Below are positions 48,647 through 58,391 of a stretch of DNA of 64,000 bases, in pieces. Location of the stretch: positions 192,001 through 256,000 of the forward strand of contig JAXMNT010000002.1 of assembly GCA_034670305.1 (NCBI GenBank), in the 5' to 3' direction. A program made the position numbers and the translations under genes. Source of the stretch: Deltaproteobacteria bacterium. Its GTDB lineage: Bacteria > Myxococcota_A > Polyangia > Polyangiales > Houyiibacteriaceae. The notes under the pieces were generated by a model. The model did not search any database. It had not been told where the DNA came from and saw nothing but the letters and a program-made list of their open reading frames with translations. Position 1 is the first letter of the stretch. Each line of letters starts with the position of its first letter.

Positions 48647-49537
48647 ATGGACCTGCGCATCCTCTACTTTGGCGTGCCTTTGGGCGCGCGGGTTCTCACG
48701 GACGCCGGGTACCCACCCACCGCCGCGTGTTTTGGCCCTCTGGACCTGCCCGGTCGCAGATGGGCTCGGCGACGGCTCGCGGGGCGGTTGATCCTGGGTC
48801 TTCCCGATCTCCGGGACCCTGTGGTGCACCGGACGTTGCTGACCGCCGGCGGTTTCGACGCGATCCTGTCGTTCTTCTGGCCGACCCGGATCCCGCCGCA
48901 CATCCTGGGCATGGCCCCCGCGTACGGCACCCACCCAAGCCTCTTGCCTAGACACCGCGGACCCGATCCCTACTTCTGGACGATCCGCGCCGGCGACGAA
49001 GAGACCGGCGTCACGCTGCATCGGCTCGACGCCACCTACGACACGGGCGCCATCGTCGCGGCGCGGCGTGTGCCGGTGGCGCCCGACGACACCGCCTGGT
49101 CCCTGGCGCGCAAACTCGATCGGCCCGCCCTGGCGCTGCTCGTCGAACTCGTCGCGCAACTTGCGACCGGCCGCCGGCCGTCCGAGACCCCTCAACCGAC
49201 CGAAGGGGTGACGGAAGCCCCGCGCCCGAGCGAACAAGACCTGGCCATCGACTGGTCGCAGTCCGCCGAAGCGGTCGTCGCGCTGGTCCGGGCGGCCGCG
49301 CCACACCCAGGCGCGGGGGCCGACTTCGATGGCCACTTCGTCGAAGTCTTCGACGCGTCGGTGGCGGGCGTGAAACCGCCGCCGGGACTCGACGTCGCCG
49401 AGGCGTGGACCGCCGACGGATCCTGGTACGTCCGCTGTGGCCGCGGCGCGGTCCGGCTCGACGGAGTCCGAGGAGAAGACGGAGAACCGGCCGCCCTGCG
49501 CACATGGCTGGGGCGGCCTGGGTCCGGTCGTTCCTAG
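48647..49537 (+). CDS. Formyltransferase (Fmt/ArnA-N-like)
   Basis: HPSLLPRHRGPDP, TGVTLHRL, DTG, IDW C-domain. Confidence 0.85.
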   Translation: MDLRILYFGVPLGARVLTDAGYPPTAACFGPLDLPGRRWARRRLAGRLILGLPDLRDPVVHRTLLTAGGFDAILSFFWPTRIPPHILGMAPAYGTHPSLLPRHRGPDPYFWTIRAGDEETGVTLHRLDATYDTGAIVAARRVPVAPDDTAWSLARKLDRPALALLVELVAQLATGRRPSETPQPTEGVTEAPRPSEQDLAIDWSQSAEAVVALVRAAAPHPGAGADFDGHFVEVFDASVAGVKPPPGLDVAEAWTADGSWYVRCGRGAVRLDGVRGEDGEPAALRTWLGRPGSGRS

Positions 49538-49848
49538 TGGATGTAGGTCGTGACGATGGCGCGCTCAGGGCGCTCGATCGCGACGACGGGGCTGGTCACG
49601 AGGTCGCGGCCGTCCGCGCAGAAGAACAGGGACTCGCCGATCACGGGCGTGCCTTCGTTCGGACGGACTCCGCCGTTCTCGTGGAACCTGAGCCCGCCGC
49701 TCACGCGGGAGCGCACGGCGAGGTGCCCTTTGACCCACCGCCCGGTGCGGCGGTCCCGTACCCCGACGCAGAGTGCTTTGCGTACGTGGTATTCGGTGTT
49801 GCGGGTGACGTAGACCTTGTGGATGCGGCGTTCGCTGGAATGGGCCAT
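49534..49848 (-). CDS. Hypothetical protein
   Basis: Compact ORF (TRNTEYH...CVGVRDRRTG...TSPV) with a GGAGG RBS. Confidence 0.7.
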   Translation of the reverse strand: MAHSSERRIHKVYVTRNTEYHVRKALCVGVRDRRTGRWVKGHLAVRSRVSGGLRFHENGGVRPNEGTPVIGESLFFCADGRDLVTSPVVAIERPERAIVTTYIH

Positions 49849-49875
49849 GATGCCTCCTGTCGTAGGTGAACCTAC

Positions 49876-50916
49876 ATGTCCTCCTCACTCCCACCAAAAA
49901 AACGACCACTCCGGCTCCGACCGGACAACTTCACGCCCCGCACTCGGACCCCGTGGGGCGGCGCCCGGATCACCGAGACCTACAAACGCGGCCTCGCGCC
50001 CGCCCAAGTCGTGGGCGAATCGTGGGAGTTCAGCGTGGAACCGGACTTTCCGAGCCAGACCGAATCGGACGGCCCACTCCCGGCGCTGATCGCCGCCGAC
50101 CCCGACGGGTTGGTCGGCCGAGGCCACGACTCCACGGCGTTGCTGGTGAAGCTCCTCGACGCGGCGGCACCGCTCTCAGTGCAGATCCACCCCTCGGACC
50201 GAGACCCGGCGCTTGCCGAAGACGAGAGCGGCAAACCCGAGACCTGGTACGTGCTCGACGCCGACGAGGACGCCGCGCTCTACCTGGGCTTTCTCCCGGG
50301 CGTCACCGAAGCGGAAGTGCGGGGCTGCATCGAAGCGGGCGGTGCGCTCGACGCGTTGCTGCAGCGGGTGGTGGTCGAGCCAGGGGACTTCTTCGTCATC
50401 GAAGCGGGAACGCCCCACGCGGTGGGCGCGGGCCTGACGCTGGTGGAACCCCAGCGGGTCTTGCCGGGCAAGCGCGGCCTCACCTACCGATACTGGGACT
50501 GGAACCGCCGCTACGACGATCAGGGCGTGCAGCACCCGAGCGGCGCCCCGCGAACCTTGCACCTCGAGCGGGCCCTCGCGGTCACGGATTGGAGCGGCGC
50601 GTCGAGTGCGCTCGACACCGCACGCACCCATCGAGGGGTGCCCGACACAGCCGGCGCGCCCTCGCGAGTCGCGCTCTCGGGCGCCTTTCCTTGGGTGGCG
50701 GTCGAACGGCTGGCGGGCACCGGCGCGCTCTCGCTCGACCTCCCCGACCATCTTCACGCCCTCACCGTCGTCGGCGGGTCGTTGCGCCTCGAAGGCCCCG
50801 ACTTCGACGTCCGAGCTCGAATGGGAGAAACGGTCGCGCTTCCAGCCGCCTTGCCGGGACTGCGGGTGCACCTGGAGGGGGCGCTCGCCCTGCTCTGTTC
50901 GACCGAGGGTGCCTGA
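49876..50916 (+). CDS. manA: Mannose-6-phosphate isomerase, class I (cupin)
   Basis: PWGG, GESWE, LVKLLDA, LSVQIHP, GKPETW, GTPHA. Confidence 0.85.
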   Translation: MSSSLPPKKRPLRLRPDNFTPRTRTPWGGARITETYKRGLAPAQVVGESWEFSVEPDFPSQTESDGPLPALIAADPDGLVGRGHDSTALLVKLLDAAAPLSVQIHPSDRDPALAEDESGKPETWYVLDADEDAALYLGFLPGVTEAEVRGCIEAGGALDALLQRVVVEPGDFFVIEAGTPHAVGAGLTLVEPQRVLPGKRGLTYRYWDWNRRYDDQGVQHPSGAPRTLHLERALAVTDWSGASSALDTARTHRGVPDTAGAPSRVALSGAFPWVAVERLAGTGALSLDLPDHLHALTVVGGSLRLEGPDFDVRARMGETVALPAALPGLRVHLEGALALLCSTEGA

Positions 50917-50962
50917 CGCCCGCTTGACGTCGCGGGGCCGTTGAACAATCACCAGCCCTACC

Positions 50963-51706
50963 TTGGCCTCTGACTCCTCCTCCGCTTCGGCGCGTCCCGT
51001 TCAGCCGCGCGTGTCGATCATCATCCCGATCTACAACGAAGAAGCGATTCTTCAGACGGCCGTCGTCGACCTGGTCGACCGGCTCTCCGAGTTCGACTGG
51101 CCCTACGAGCTGATCCTCGCCGAGAACGGTTCCACCGACCGCACTGTCGAGATCGCGAACCAGATGGCCGAACGGTTCCCGCAGGTCCACAGCGCGAGCG
51201 TCGGCGAGCCGAACTACGGCCGTGCGCTCAAAGAAGCGATCCTCCGCGCGAGTGGTGAGTTCGTCATCTGCGACGAGATCGATCTCTGCGACACCGACTT
51301 CTACCGCCGCGCGATGGCGGTGCTTGAGACCGGCGCCGCCGATCTGGTCGTCGGGTCCAAAGTCATGGGCGGCGCAAGCGACGAACGTCCGGTGATGCGG
51401 CACGCCGCGACCATCGTGCTCAACGGCATGCTCCGGGTCGCGCTGGGTTTCACCGGCACCGACACCCACGGACTCAAAGCCTTCCGCCGCGCGCCGCTCG
51501 TCGAGGTCGCCCGCCAGTGTCTGGTGGACAAGGATCTGTTCGCGAGCGAGTTCGTGATTCGCGCCGAGCGGGCGAGCATCCGCATCGAAGAGATCCCGAT
51601 TCGGGTGCTCGAAAAGCGCCCGCCCTCGATCGGTCTGCTCCGGCGTGTGCCGAACGTGCTCAAGGGCATGGCGCGCCTCTTCGTCGCGATCCGCATCAAG
51701 GGATAG
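50963..51706 (+). CDS. Glycosyltransferase family 2 (polyprenol-phosphate glycosyltransferase-like)
   Basis: [33 protein letters not shown]. Confidence 0.88.
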   Translation: MASDSSSASARPVQPRVSIIIPIYNEEAILQTAVVDLVDRLSEFDWPYELILAENGSTDRTVEIANQMAERFPQVHSASVGEPNYGRALKEAILRASGEFVICDEIDLCDTDFYRRAMAVLETGAADLVVGSKVMGGASDERPVMRHAATIVLNGMLRVALGFTGTDTHGLKAFRRAPLVEVARQCLVDKDLFASEFVIRAERASIRIEEIPIRVLEKRPPSIGLLRRVPNVLKGMARLFVAIRIKG

Positions 51707-51734
51707 CGCGCGCAGCGCGCGGCGAAGGAACACG

Positions 51735-52667
51735 ATGGGAGAGAGACTCGCCGCGGTGTCGATCGACCTCGACGAGATCCCCTGTTACGCCGCCATTCAT
51801 GGCATCGAACTCGACGACGCCTCGTCGCACGCCATCTACCGTCACGCCCTTGCCCGCTTCGAACGTCTGTTCGACGACCTCGATCTGCGCGCGACCTTTT
51901 TCGCGATCGGTCAGGACATCGACGACGAGAACGCGCCGAAACTCCGGCGCCTCTCGGACGCCGGGCACGAGGTGGCCAACCACAGCCTCTCGCATCTGTA
52001 CGACTTGAGCCGCCGGACCGAAGACGAAGTCCGCTACGAGATCCGGGCCGGCGCAGACCTCATCGAAACCGCCACTGGGATCCGGCCCGTCGGCTTCCGC
52101 GCCCCCGGCTACACGATCACCCGGACGGTGTTCGACGCGCTGGAGATCGAAGGGGTCGCGTACGACTCGAGCGTCTTCCCCTGCCCGGCGTACTACGGCG
52201 CGAAGGCCGCTGCGATCGGCGCCTACGCGGTCCGCGCGAAACTCGGCCGCGGACGCCCGAGCCACAGCGTGATCGACGACCCCCGGGTCTTGCGTGCGCC
52301 GGCAAACCCCTACCGCATCGGTCGCCCCTACTGGACGCGCGGCGCGGGTCTCTTGGAGCTCCCCATCGGCGTCACCCGCGGCGTCCGCCTGCCCTTCATC
52401 GGCACGAGCGTCGCCCTCGCCGGCGCCCGCGGCGCCGACTGGCTCGCGCGCGCCATGGTCGGCCGCCCCCTCGTCAGTCTGGAACTGCACGGCATCGATC
52501 TCGCCGACGCGGATCGAGACGGGCTGCAGCAACTCCGCCCTCACCAACCGGACCTGCGCCGCACCGCCGAGTTCAAAGAAGCGAGCCTCCGCGCCGCCAT
52601 CCTCCGGCTGCGCCGCGCCGGCTACACCTTCGCAACCTGCGCCCAAGCCGCCGACCACTTCGCGTAG
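51735..52667 (+). CDS. Polysaccharide deacetylase family protein
   Basis: [29 protein letters not shown]. Confidence 0.88.
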   Translation: MGERLAAVSIDLDEIPCYAAIHGIELDDASSHAIYRHALARFERLFDDLDLRATFFAIGQDIDDENAPKLRRLSDAGHEVANHSLSHLYDLSRRTEDEVRYEIRAGADLIETATGIRPVGFRAPGYTITRTVFDALEIEGVAYDSSVFPCPAYYGAKAAAIGAYAVRAKLGRGRPSHSVIDDPRVLRAPANPYRIGRPYWTRGAGLLELPIGVTRGVRLPFIGTSVALAGARGADWLARAMVGRPLVSLELHGIDLADADRDGLQQLRPHQPDLRRTAEFKEASLRAAILRLRRAGYTFATCAQAADHFA

Positions 52668-52695
52668 ACAGCCGTCGCGACAACGAACTCGCCCC

Positions 52696-53008
52696 CGGCT
52701 TCGGCTTCGGCTTCGGCGTCGCCTTCGGCCTCGGTTTCGGCGTCGGCTTCGGCGTCGGATTCGGATTCGGATTCGGATTCGGATTCGGCTTCGGATTCGG
52801 CGTCGGCTTCGGCTTCGGCGTCGGCTTCGGCTTCGGCTTCGGCTTCGGCTTCGGCCTCGGCGTCGGCCTCGGTTTCGGCGTCGGCTTCGGCGTCGGCGTC
52901 TGCGTCTGCGTCGGCTTCGGCGTCTTCGGCTTCGGCGTCGGCTTCGGCTTCGGCTTCGGCGTCGGCTTCGGCTTCGGCTTCCGAGTCGGAGTCGGAGTCG
53001 GCTTCGGG
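52696..53008. repeat. Hexamer tract 9: (NTCGGN)n
   Basis: About 50 units (TTCGGC, GTCGGC, TTCGGA, GTCTGC, GTCGGA) between convergent genes. Confidence 0.95.
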
Positions 53009-53030
53009 CTGTCGCCGCTGGAACGGCCCC

Positions 53031-54548
53031 CTAGCCGACTTGCTCTTCCGCCTCCGCCCGCAGCCGGTCCCGAAACGTCGACCGAGGGATCCCCAGCGAT
53101 CGCGCGGCCGCGCTCAGGTTGCCTTGGTGCCGGTCGAGCACCTGGTAGAGCTGCGCCGGCGCCTCCGGTCGCCACTTCGGTCCAAGGATGCGGTCAAATG
53201 CCTTGCGCACTTCCGCGCAGGTCACGGTCGGCCCGCTGGAGAGCGCCGCGGCCTGCATCACCACGTTGCGAAGCGAGCGCACGTTGCCCGGCCAGTGATG
53301 GCCATGCAGCAGCCGCATCGCGTCCTCGGAGAGTTCGCGCCGCCCCAGTTGCACACCCGCGAGCTCGAGAAAGTGCGCGACAAGCGGCTCGATGTCTTCC
53401 GGACGCTCCCGCAACGGAGGCACGACGATCACCAGCCGCAACAATCGAAACAACAGGTCGGTTCGGAACGTACCGAGGGCGGTCATCGCCCGAAGATCCC
53501 GATGGGTCGCGCAAACGAGACGCACCTCGACAGGGCGTTCGGTCTCCGAGCCCACCCGGCGGACGCGCCAGGTCTCGAGCACCCGAAGCAGACGGGCCTG
53601 AAGCGCCAGCGGCAGTTCGCCGACCTCGTCCAGAAACAACGTGCCGCCGTGGGCCTGCTCGAACACACCGCGGTGTTGTTCGACCGCACCACTGAACGCG
53701 CCGCGGTCGTGTCCGAAGAGCTCCGACTCGACGAGCGACGCCGTCAGCGCGCCCGCGTTGAGTGCCACGAACGGCTGGTTCCGGCGCGGGCCGCGGTCGT
53801 GCAGCGCACGCGCGATGCCTTCTTTGCCCGCGCCGGTTTCGCCCAGCACGAGCACTGGCCACTCGAGCGCGGCGTACCGTTCGACCTCCGCCAGGGTGCC
53901 GAGCATCCGGGGACTCGCCGCCACGAACTGCGCGCGCCCGTCCCCGCGATCCCCGCGCGCCACCAGTCGCAGCGCGGTGCGACCGACATGAACCACCGCG
54001 CCAGCCCCGAGCTTCGCCTTCGAGATCCGGCGCGCTTCGACCCAGGTCCCGTTCCGACTCTCGAGATCCCGAACCACCGCGCCACCGAGGGGACACGGCT
54101 CGATCACGCAATGCTGGCGGCTCACGGTCTTGTCGAGCAGCCGCAGGTCGCACTCTGGGTGGGAACCGACGGTGAGGGGCAGGTCGAGTGGATGCACCGT
54201 GGCGCCCGGTCCGTCCCCGACCAGCACCGAGAGCCGAGTCTCCAAATCGGGGACGGTCATCGGGTGCGTCGACCGATCGGGCGCTTTCGACGTCGTGCGC
54301 ACCCGAACGAGTTCGTAGGCTCCGAACGAAACGCCCATGCCGATGCCGATCGGTCGGGCACCGGTGGCCACCCCTTCGAAGTACACGCCTCCGTCGCGGC
54401 GGAAGAAGCGGCCCGCCATGAGAGGCACGTCCGCGTCGTGCACCACCACATCGCAGTAGGCGCCTCGTCCAACGGCGACCGAACCACGGATCGGGAACTC
54501 ACGGAGCGGTTCGCCACGAAACCGAAGGAGAAGCGTGTCTTGGAACAT
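53031..54548 (-). CDS. FHA-domain sigma54-dependent transcriptional activator
   Basis: Two FHA-like domains (VSRQH, SRNGT), [32 protein letters not shown]-terminal HTH. Confidence 0.92.
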   Translation of the reverse strand: MFQDTLLLRFRGEPLREFPIRGSVAVGRGAYCDVVVHDADVPLMAGRFFRRDGGVYFEGVATGARPIGIGMGVSFGAYELVRVRTTSKAPDRSTHPMTVPDLETRLSVLVGDGPGATVHPLDLPLTVGSHPECDLRLLDKTVSRQHCVIEPCPLGGAVVRDLESRNGTWVEARRISKAKLGAGAVVHVGRTALRLVARGDRGDGRAQFVAASPRMLGTLAEVERYAALEWPVLVLGETGAGKEGIARALHDRGPRRNQPFVALNAGALTASLVESELFGHDRGAFSGAVEQHRGVFEQAHGGTLFLDEVGELPLALQARLLRVLETWRVRRVGSETERPVEVRLVCATHRDLRAMTALGTFRTDLLFRLLRLVIVVPPLRERPEDIEPLVAHFLELAGVQLGRRELSEDAMRLLHGHHWPGNVRSLRNVVMQAAALSSGPTVTCAEVRKAFDRILGPKWRPEAPAQLYQVLDRHQGNLSAAARSLGIPRSTFRDRLRAEAEEQVG

Positions 54549-54667
54549 GGCGCTTCCTCGACCGCCCACCCCCCTGGTTGCCCCTCCTCGACCTCTGGGC
54601 CGCCAGTCTCGCGAAGCGAGCCAGGCCCGTAGCGGCAAGCAATAACGTGTACTAGGGTGCGCCGCCC

Positions 54668-56044
54668 ATGCATGTTTCTTTTGTTACCGCGGAGGTCGCT
54701 CCGTACAGCGGCTCCAGTCCCTCGGCCGAAGTTGCCGGCGCGCTCCCCAAGGGGCTGCGTGCCCACGACACCTCGGTCACCGTGATCTCGCCGCTCTACC
54801 GCAGCATCGATCCAGCGCAGCACGCGCTCGCCCGGCGACTCAGCAAGGTCGAGGTCGAAGTCGGCGGGGAGACGCTGGCGTTCGAGATGTACACCGGCCG
54901 AAACGTCAGCGGAGTGCAGCTCATCTTTCTCGGCCACGAAGACGTGTTCGCCGAGGTCGACTCGTTCTTCGAAGGAGCGCCGGAAGCCGTCGCCCGACGA
55001 CTCGCCGCATTCGCCCGCGCCGCCGCCAAGACCATCGCGGACCACGACGAGCCGTTCGACGTCGTGCACGCGCAGGGTTCGCTCGGCGCCGCGGTCGTCC
55101 CGCTCGTGTCCGTGCCCACGGTGCTCTCGGTGCACGGCACCGACGCACCGACGTTCGCGCCCGGCCTCGCTTCGATCCTTGGCGACAGCGCCATCCAGGT
55201 CGGCGGGTTGTGCTCACCGCTGCACGCGGGCATCGCCGCGGCTTCTCGGGTGACGAGTGCGTCCCGTTCCCACGCGGACGAGCTGATGAAACGCCACGAC
55301 ATCTCCGAAGAGCGCATGACCGCCATTCCGCGCGGCATCGATGCGTCGGTCTGGAACCCGCTCACGGACGCCCACCTTCCCTCGCGCTTCGACCCCGTCG
55401 ATCTCTCGGGCAAGGCGAAGTGCAAGTCCGACCTCCAACGCGACCTGGATCTGCCAGTTCGCGACGACCTCCCGCTCATCGGCGTGGATGCGGTCGACGA
55501 CACCAGCGGTCCCGCACTCTTCACCAAGGTCGCGTCCCAGCTCCTGCGCAACGACGTGCAGGTGGTCGTGGTCTTCGGAGCCGACGCCGACGGCGCGTTG
55601 GTCGCAACGTTCGAAGAACTCTGGGACCGATGGCCCGACCGGATCGCGGTCCGGACCGGTGCGAGCGATGAACTTCGCCACCAACTCTACGGCGGCGCGG
55701 ACTTGATGATCGTGGCACCGGAGCATGCCCCGGCCGGTGGCGGCGACAAACGCGCGCACCGCTACGGCGCACTGCCCATCGTGCACCGCACCGGCGCGCT
55801 GGCCGACACCGTCGTGGACTGCGACGCCAAGCTCGAGACCGGCACTGGGTTCGCCTTCGACGGGCACGACGCCGACGCACTCCTCGGCACCGTGCAGCGG
55901 GCCATCGCGGGCTACGGCCTGGACGGCTTCGCCGACCTCCGCGCGCGGGTGATGCGCATCGATCACAGCTGGGAACGCAGCGCGCGCATGCTTGCGACGC
56001 TCTACGTCGATTTGATCACGCCGCCTCAGATCGACGCGGCCTAG
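54668..56044 (+). CDS. Glycogen synthase-like GT5 protein with degenerate catalytic motifs
   Basis: GlgA scaffold (E..P...VAGALPK, GID..VWNP..D, GKAKCK..LQ, YG..PIV..TGALADTV, GF.F) but KTGGL and EPCGL absent. Confidence 0.8.
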   Translation: MHVSFVTAEVAPYSGSSPSAEVAGALPKGLRAHDTSVTVISPLYRSIDPAQHALARRLSKVEVEVGGETLAFEMYTGRNVSGVQLIFLGHEDVFAEVDSFFEGAPEAVARRLAAFARAAAKTIADHDEPFDVVHAQGSLGAAVVPLVSVPTVLSVHGTDAPTFAPGLASILGDSAIQVGGLCSPLHAGIAAASRVTSASRSHADELMKRHDISEERMTAIPRGIDASVWNPLTDAHLPSRFDPVDLSGKAKCKSDLQRDLDLPVRDDLPLIGVDAVDDTSGPALFTKVASQLLRNDVQVVVVFGADADGALVATFEELWDRWPDRIAVRTGASDELRHQLYGGADLMIVAPEHAPAGGGDKRAHRYGALPIVHRTGALADTVVDCDAKLETGTGFAFDGHDADALLGTVQRAIAGYGLDGFADLRARVMRIDHSWERSARMLATLYVDLITPPQIDAA

Positions 56045-56047
56045 AGC

Positions 56048-56746
56048 CTAGGCGCTCGGAAGTTTGGCGTTGCTCGAGCGCACGTACATCGGTTCGAGCG
56101 CGGCCAGCTGTTCGGCGTCGTAGGCCCCTCCGCGGCGCCACCGGACCGCGGCCTCGCGGGCGACCTCGAGTCCACTCGGCAGGTCCGCGACGAGGTCGCC
56201 GTTGGGCGCCGGGCCACGCTCCGACCCAAGCCCGTCCCGTGCCACGATCACCACCCGGGCCGCGCGGCCATCCAGACAGACCGCTCGGGCGCCGAGCCGC
56301 ACCGGGCCCACCAATGCGGCGCCAGCGTCGTCCGCTTGGACAAGGGCTCCGTAGAACTCGCCCCGGCCGGCGTCGAGCAGGACGTTTCGGTCGGTGCGGT
56401 CCGCGTCCGTCCAGGTCGCCCGGGCCACCGCGACGAGAGAACAGACCCCGACGATCGAAACGCCCGAGTTCAGATGAAGCGCCTTGGCGGTGGCGAGTCC
56501 CACGCGGGTGCCGGTGAACACCCCCGGTCCGAGGCCGACGCCGATGCCGTCGAGGTCTGCGAGTCCGAGCCCGGCTTCGGCGAGGGCGGCGTCCAGACAG
56601 TCGAACAGACACTCGTCGGGCTTGCCCGATCCGAGCTGCCGGCTGAGGCAGCGCTGACCTTCTGCGATCGCGAGCGAGACCCGCATCGCGGAGGTGTCGA
56701 AGCCGAGGATCCGAGGTTCCAGGCGGGGGGCGGGGGACTTGACCAT
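56048..56746 (-). CDS. tsaB: tRNA t6A biosynthesis protein TsaB
   Basis: ILGFDTS, GLGPGVFTGTRVG, LDAGRGEFY, LEPMYVR. Confidence 0.88.
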   Translation of the reverse strand: MVKSPAPRLEPRILGFDTSAMRVSLAIAEGQRCLSRQLGSGKPDECLFDCLDAALAEAGLGLADLDGIGVGLGPGVFTGTRVGLATAKALHLNSGVSIVGVCSLVAVARATWTDADRTDRNVLLDAGRGEFYGALVQADDAGAALVGPVRLGARAVCLDGRAARVVIVARDGLGSERGPAPNGDLVADLPSGLEVAREAAVRWRRGGAYDAEQLAALEPMYVRSSNAKLPSA

Positions 56747-56808
56747 ACTCGGAGCGGAAGCTATCGCCGCGTGGGGTGTTGCGCTACCGCTGTGGCCCCG
56801 CCGACCCG

Positions 56809-57522
56809 ATGCTTCACCTCCTCCAGCCGACGGATCCGACCTGGGTCGATGCCGCCGCTGCGGACCTCGGAGCGCTCCTCTCGGACCACGCCCACTGCGA
56901 GCTCAAGGCGGCCCAGAGCGCGCTCGCCATCGTGGGGCGTTTCGCGGACGATGCGCCCGAGATGGTGGAGCCCCTGTGCGACCTGGCGCGCGAAGAGACC
57001 GAACACTTCCGACAGGTCTACGGACACCTTCGCGCCCGTGCCACGACCAGCACTGCGATTCCCGAACCCAGCACTGCGACTCCCGAAGCCAGCACTGCGG
57101 TTCTCACAGCCAGCACTGCGACCCCCGAAGCCAGCACCGCAGGCAACGGCGAGACCCCCGCGTCCGAAGTCGTCGCGGGGCTGGGCAAGCCCGAGCCGGA
57201 CGCCTACGTCAACGCGTTGCGCAAAGCGGCCCGCGCCGACGGACCCGCCGCACCGATCCTCCTCGACCGTTTGATCGTGAGCGCACTCATCGAAGCCCGA
57301 TCCTGCGAGCGGTTCAAGTTGCTCGCGGACCACTTGCCGAACCCAGAGCTGCAGACCTTCTACCGGGGTTTGATGGAATCCGAGGCGCGGCACTTCTCGC
57401 TCTTCCGCGGCCTGGCAGAGCATCGGTTCGGCGCCGACGCTCGCCGCAGGCTGGAGAAGCTCGCGGAGCGTGAAGCGGCGATCGCAGAACAGCTGCCGCT
57501 CGGCCCGACGGTGCACGGATGA
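56809..57522 (+). CDS. miaE: tRNA-(ms2io6A37) hydroxylase MiaE with repeat insertion
   Basis: DHAHCELKAA, EETEHF, IEARSCERF, SEARH di-iron ligands. Confidence 0.9.
   Translation: MLHLLQPTDPTWVDAAAADLGALLSDHAHCELKAAQSALAIVGRFADDAPEMVEPLCDLAREETEHFRQVYGHLRARATTSTAIPEPSTATPEASTAVLTASTATPEASTAGNGETPASEVVAGLGKPEPDAYVNALRKAARADGPAAPILLDRLIVSALIEARSCERFKLLADHLPNPELQTFYRGLMESEARHFSLFRGLAEHRFGADARRRLEKLAEREAAIAEQLPLGPTVHG
57047..57141 (+). repeat. Degenerate 21-bp tandem repeat (core CCAGCACTGCG) x5 in frame inside miaE
   Basis: Encodes TSTAIPE-PSTATPE-ASTAVLT-ASTATPE-ASTA. Confidence 0.85.
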
Positions 57523-58259
57523 GCGATTCCGATCCCATCGCCAAGACGCGACCGCCGGTCGAAGAAGAGTCGAGCTGGGAACGCATCAAGGCGAACGTTC
57601 GGACCATCGGTGGGGCTGTGCTGCTGGCGGTGTTCATCCGCATCGTGCTCTTCGAAGCGTTCGAGATCGATGGGCCCTCCATGGAGCCCACGCTCCAGCA
57701 CGGCGACCGCGTCGTCGTGGCCAAGATGCTCTACGGCCTGTTCCTGCCGAAGATGCACGAAGCGGTGCTCTCGTGGGGCGAGCCGCACGTCGGAGACGTC
57801 GTCATCGTCAACAGCCCCGCGGACGATGTGGACATCGTGAAACGAGTCATCGGTGTACCGGGCGACACCATCGAACTGCGCGATGGGTTGATCATCCGCA
57901 ACGGCGAGCCCCTCGAGCGCACCGAGGTGGCCGAGTGCGAACTCGACATGCAGCTGAACGAGTCGGCCGGCTGCTGGGTCTACGAAGAGACCGTGGGCGA
58001 CGTGACGTACCGCATCAGCCAGTTGCGTGGACACGAAGACATGGACACGCCCGTGCGCCGCGTCCCCGAAGGCCACATCTACATCCGCGGCGACCACCGC
58101 GACCGGTCGAACGACAGCACCAACCCCCTCATCGGCTTCGTGCCGATCAGCCGGGTCAAAGGCAAAGCGCTCTTCATCTACCTCAGCTGCGACGAGGAAG
58201 AAGAGGGTTGGCTCTGCCCGTCCCCCCGCTGGGACCGTTTCTTCGAAGCCGTCGACTGA
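57519..58259 (+). CDS. lepB: Signal peptidase I
   Basis: SMEPTL (catalytic Ser), VKRVIGVPGD (Lys), GDHRDRSNDS. Confidence 0.93.
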   Translation: MSDSDPIAKTRPPVEEESSWERIKANVRTIGGAVLLAVFIRIVLFEAFEIDGPSMEPTLQHGDRVVVAKMLYGLFLPKMHEAVLSWGEPHVGDVVIVNSPADDVDIVKRVIGVPGDTIELRDGLIIRNGEPLERTEVAECELDMQLNESAGCWVYEETVGDVTYRISQLRGHEDMDTPVRRVPEGHIYIRGDHRDRSNDSTNPLIGFVPISRVKGKALFIYLSCDEEEEGWLCPSPRWDRFFEAVD

Positions 58260-58282
58260 CTGGCCGCGGCTTCTGCTTTCCG

Positions 58283-58339
58283 TCGGGCACGGGCGCGGGC
58301 AGGGCAAGGGCACGGGCAAGGGCACGGGCAAGGGCACGG
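58283..58339. repeat. Tract 10: (GGGCAC/GGGCAA)n
   Basis: Alternating GGGCAC/GGGCAA hexamers between lepB and the radical SAM gene. Confidence 0.9.
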
Positions 58340-58391
58340 AGGCGAACGCCCTCGGGGGGCGTGCGCTCCGTGGGCAGGGTATAGACAAGGC

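Noticed and set aside
48647-49537. Calling the formyltransferase fmt
   Set aside because: It lacks the typical FMGTP/TQPD N-terminal motifs and def/rsmB context, so no symbol was assigned.
54636-54652. Sigma54-like site upstream of the FHA activator
   Set aside because: The minus strand has TTGC but GT instead of the invariant GG at -24; similar near-matches at 43418 and 62400 have wrong spacing.
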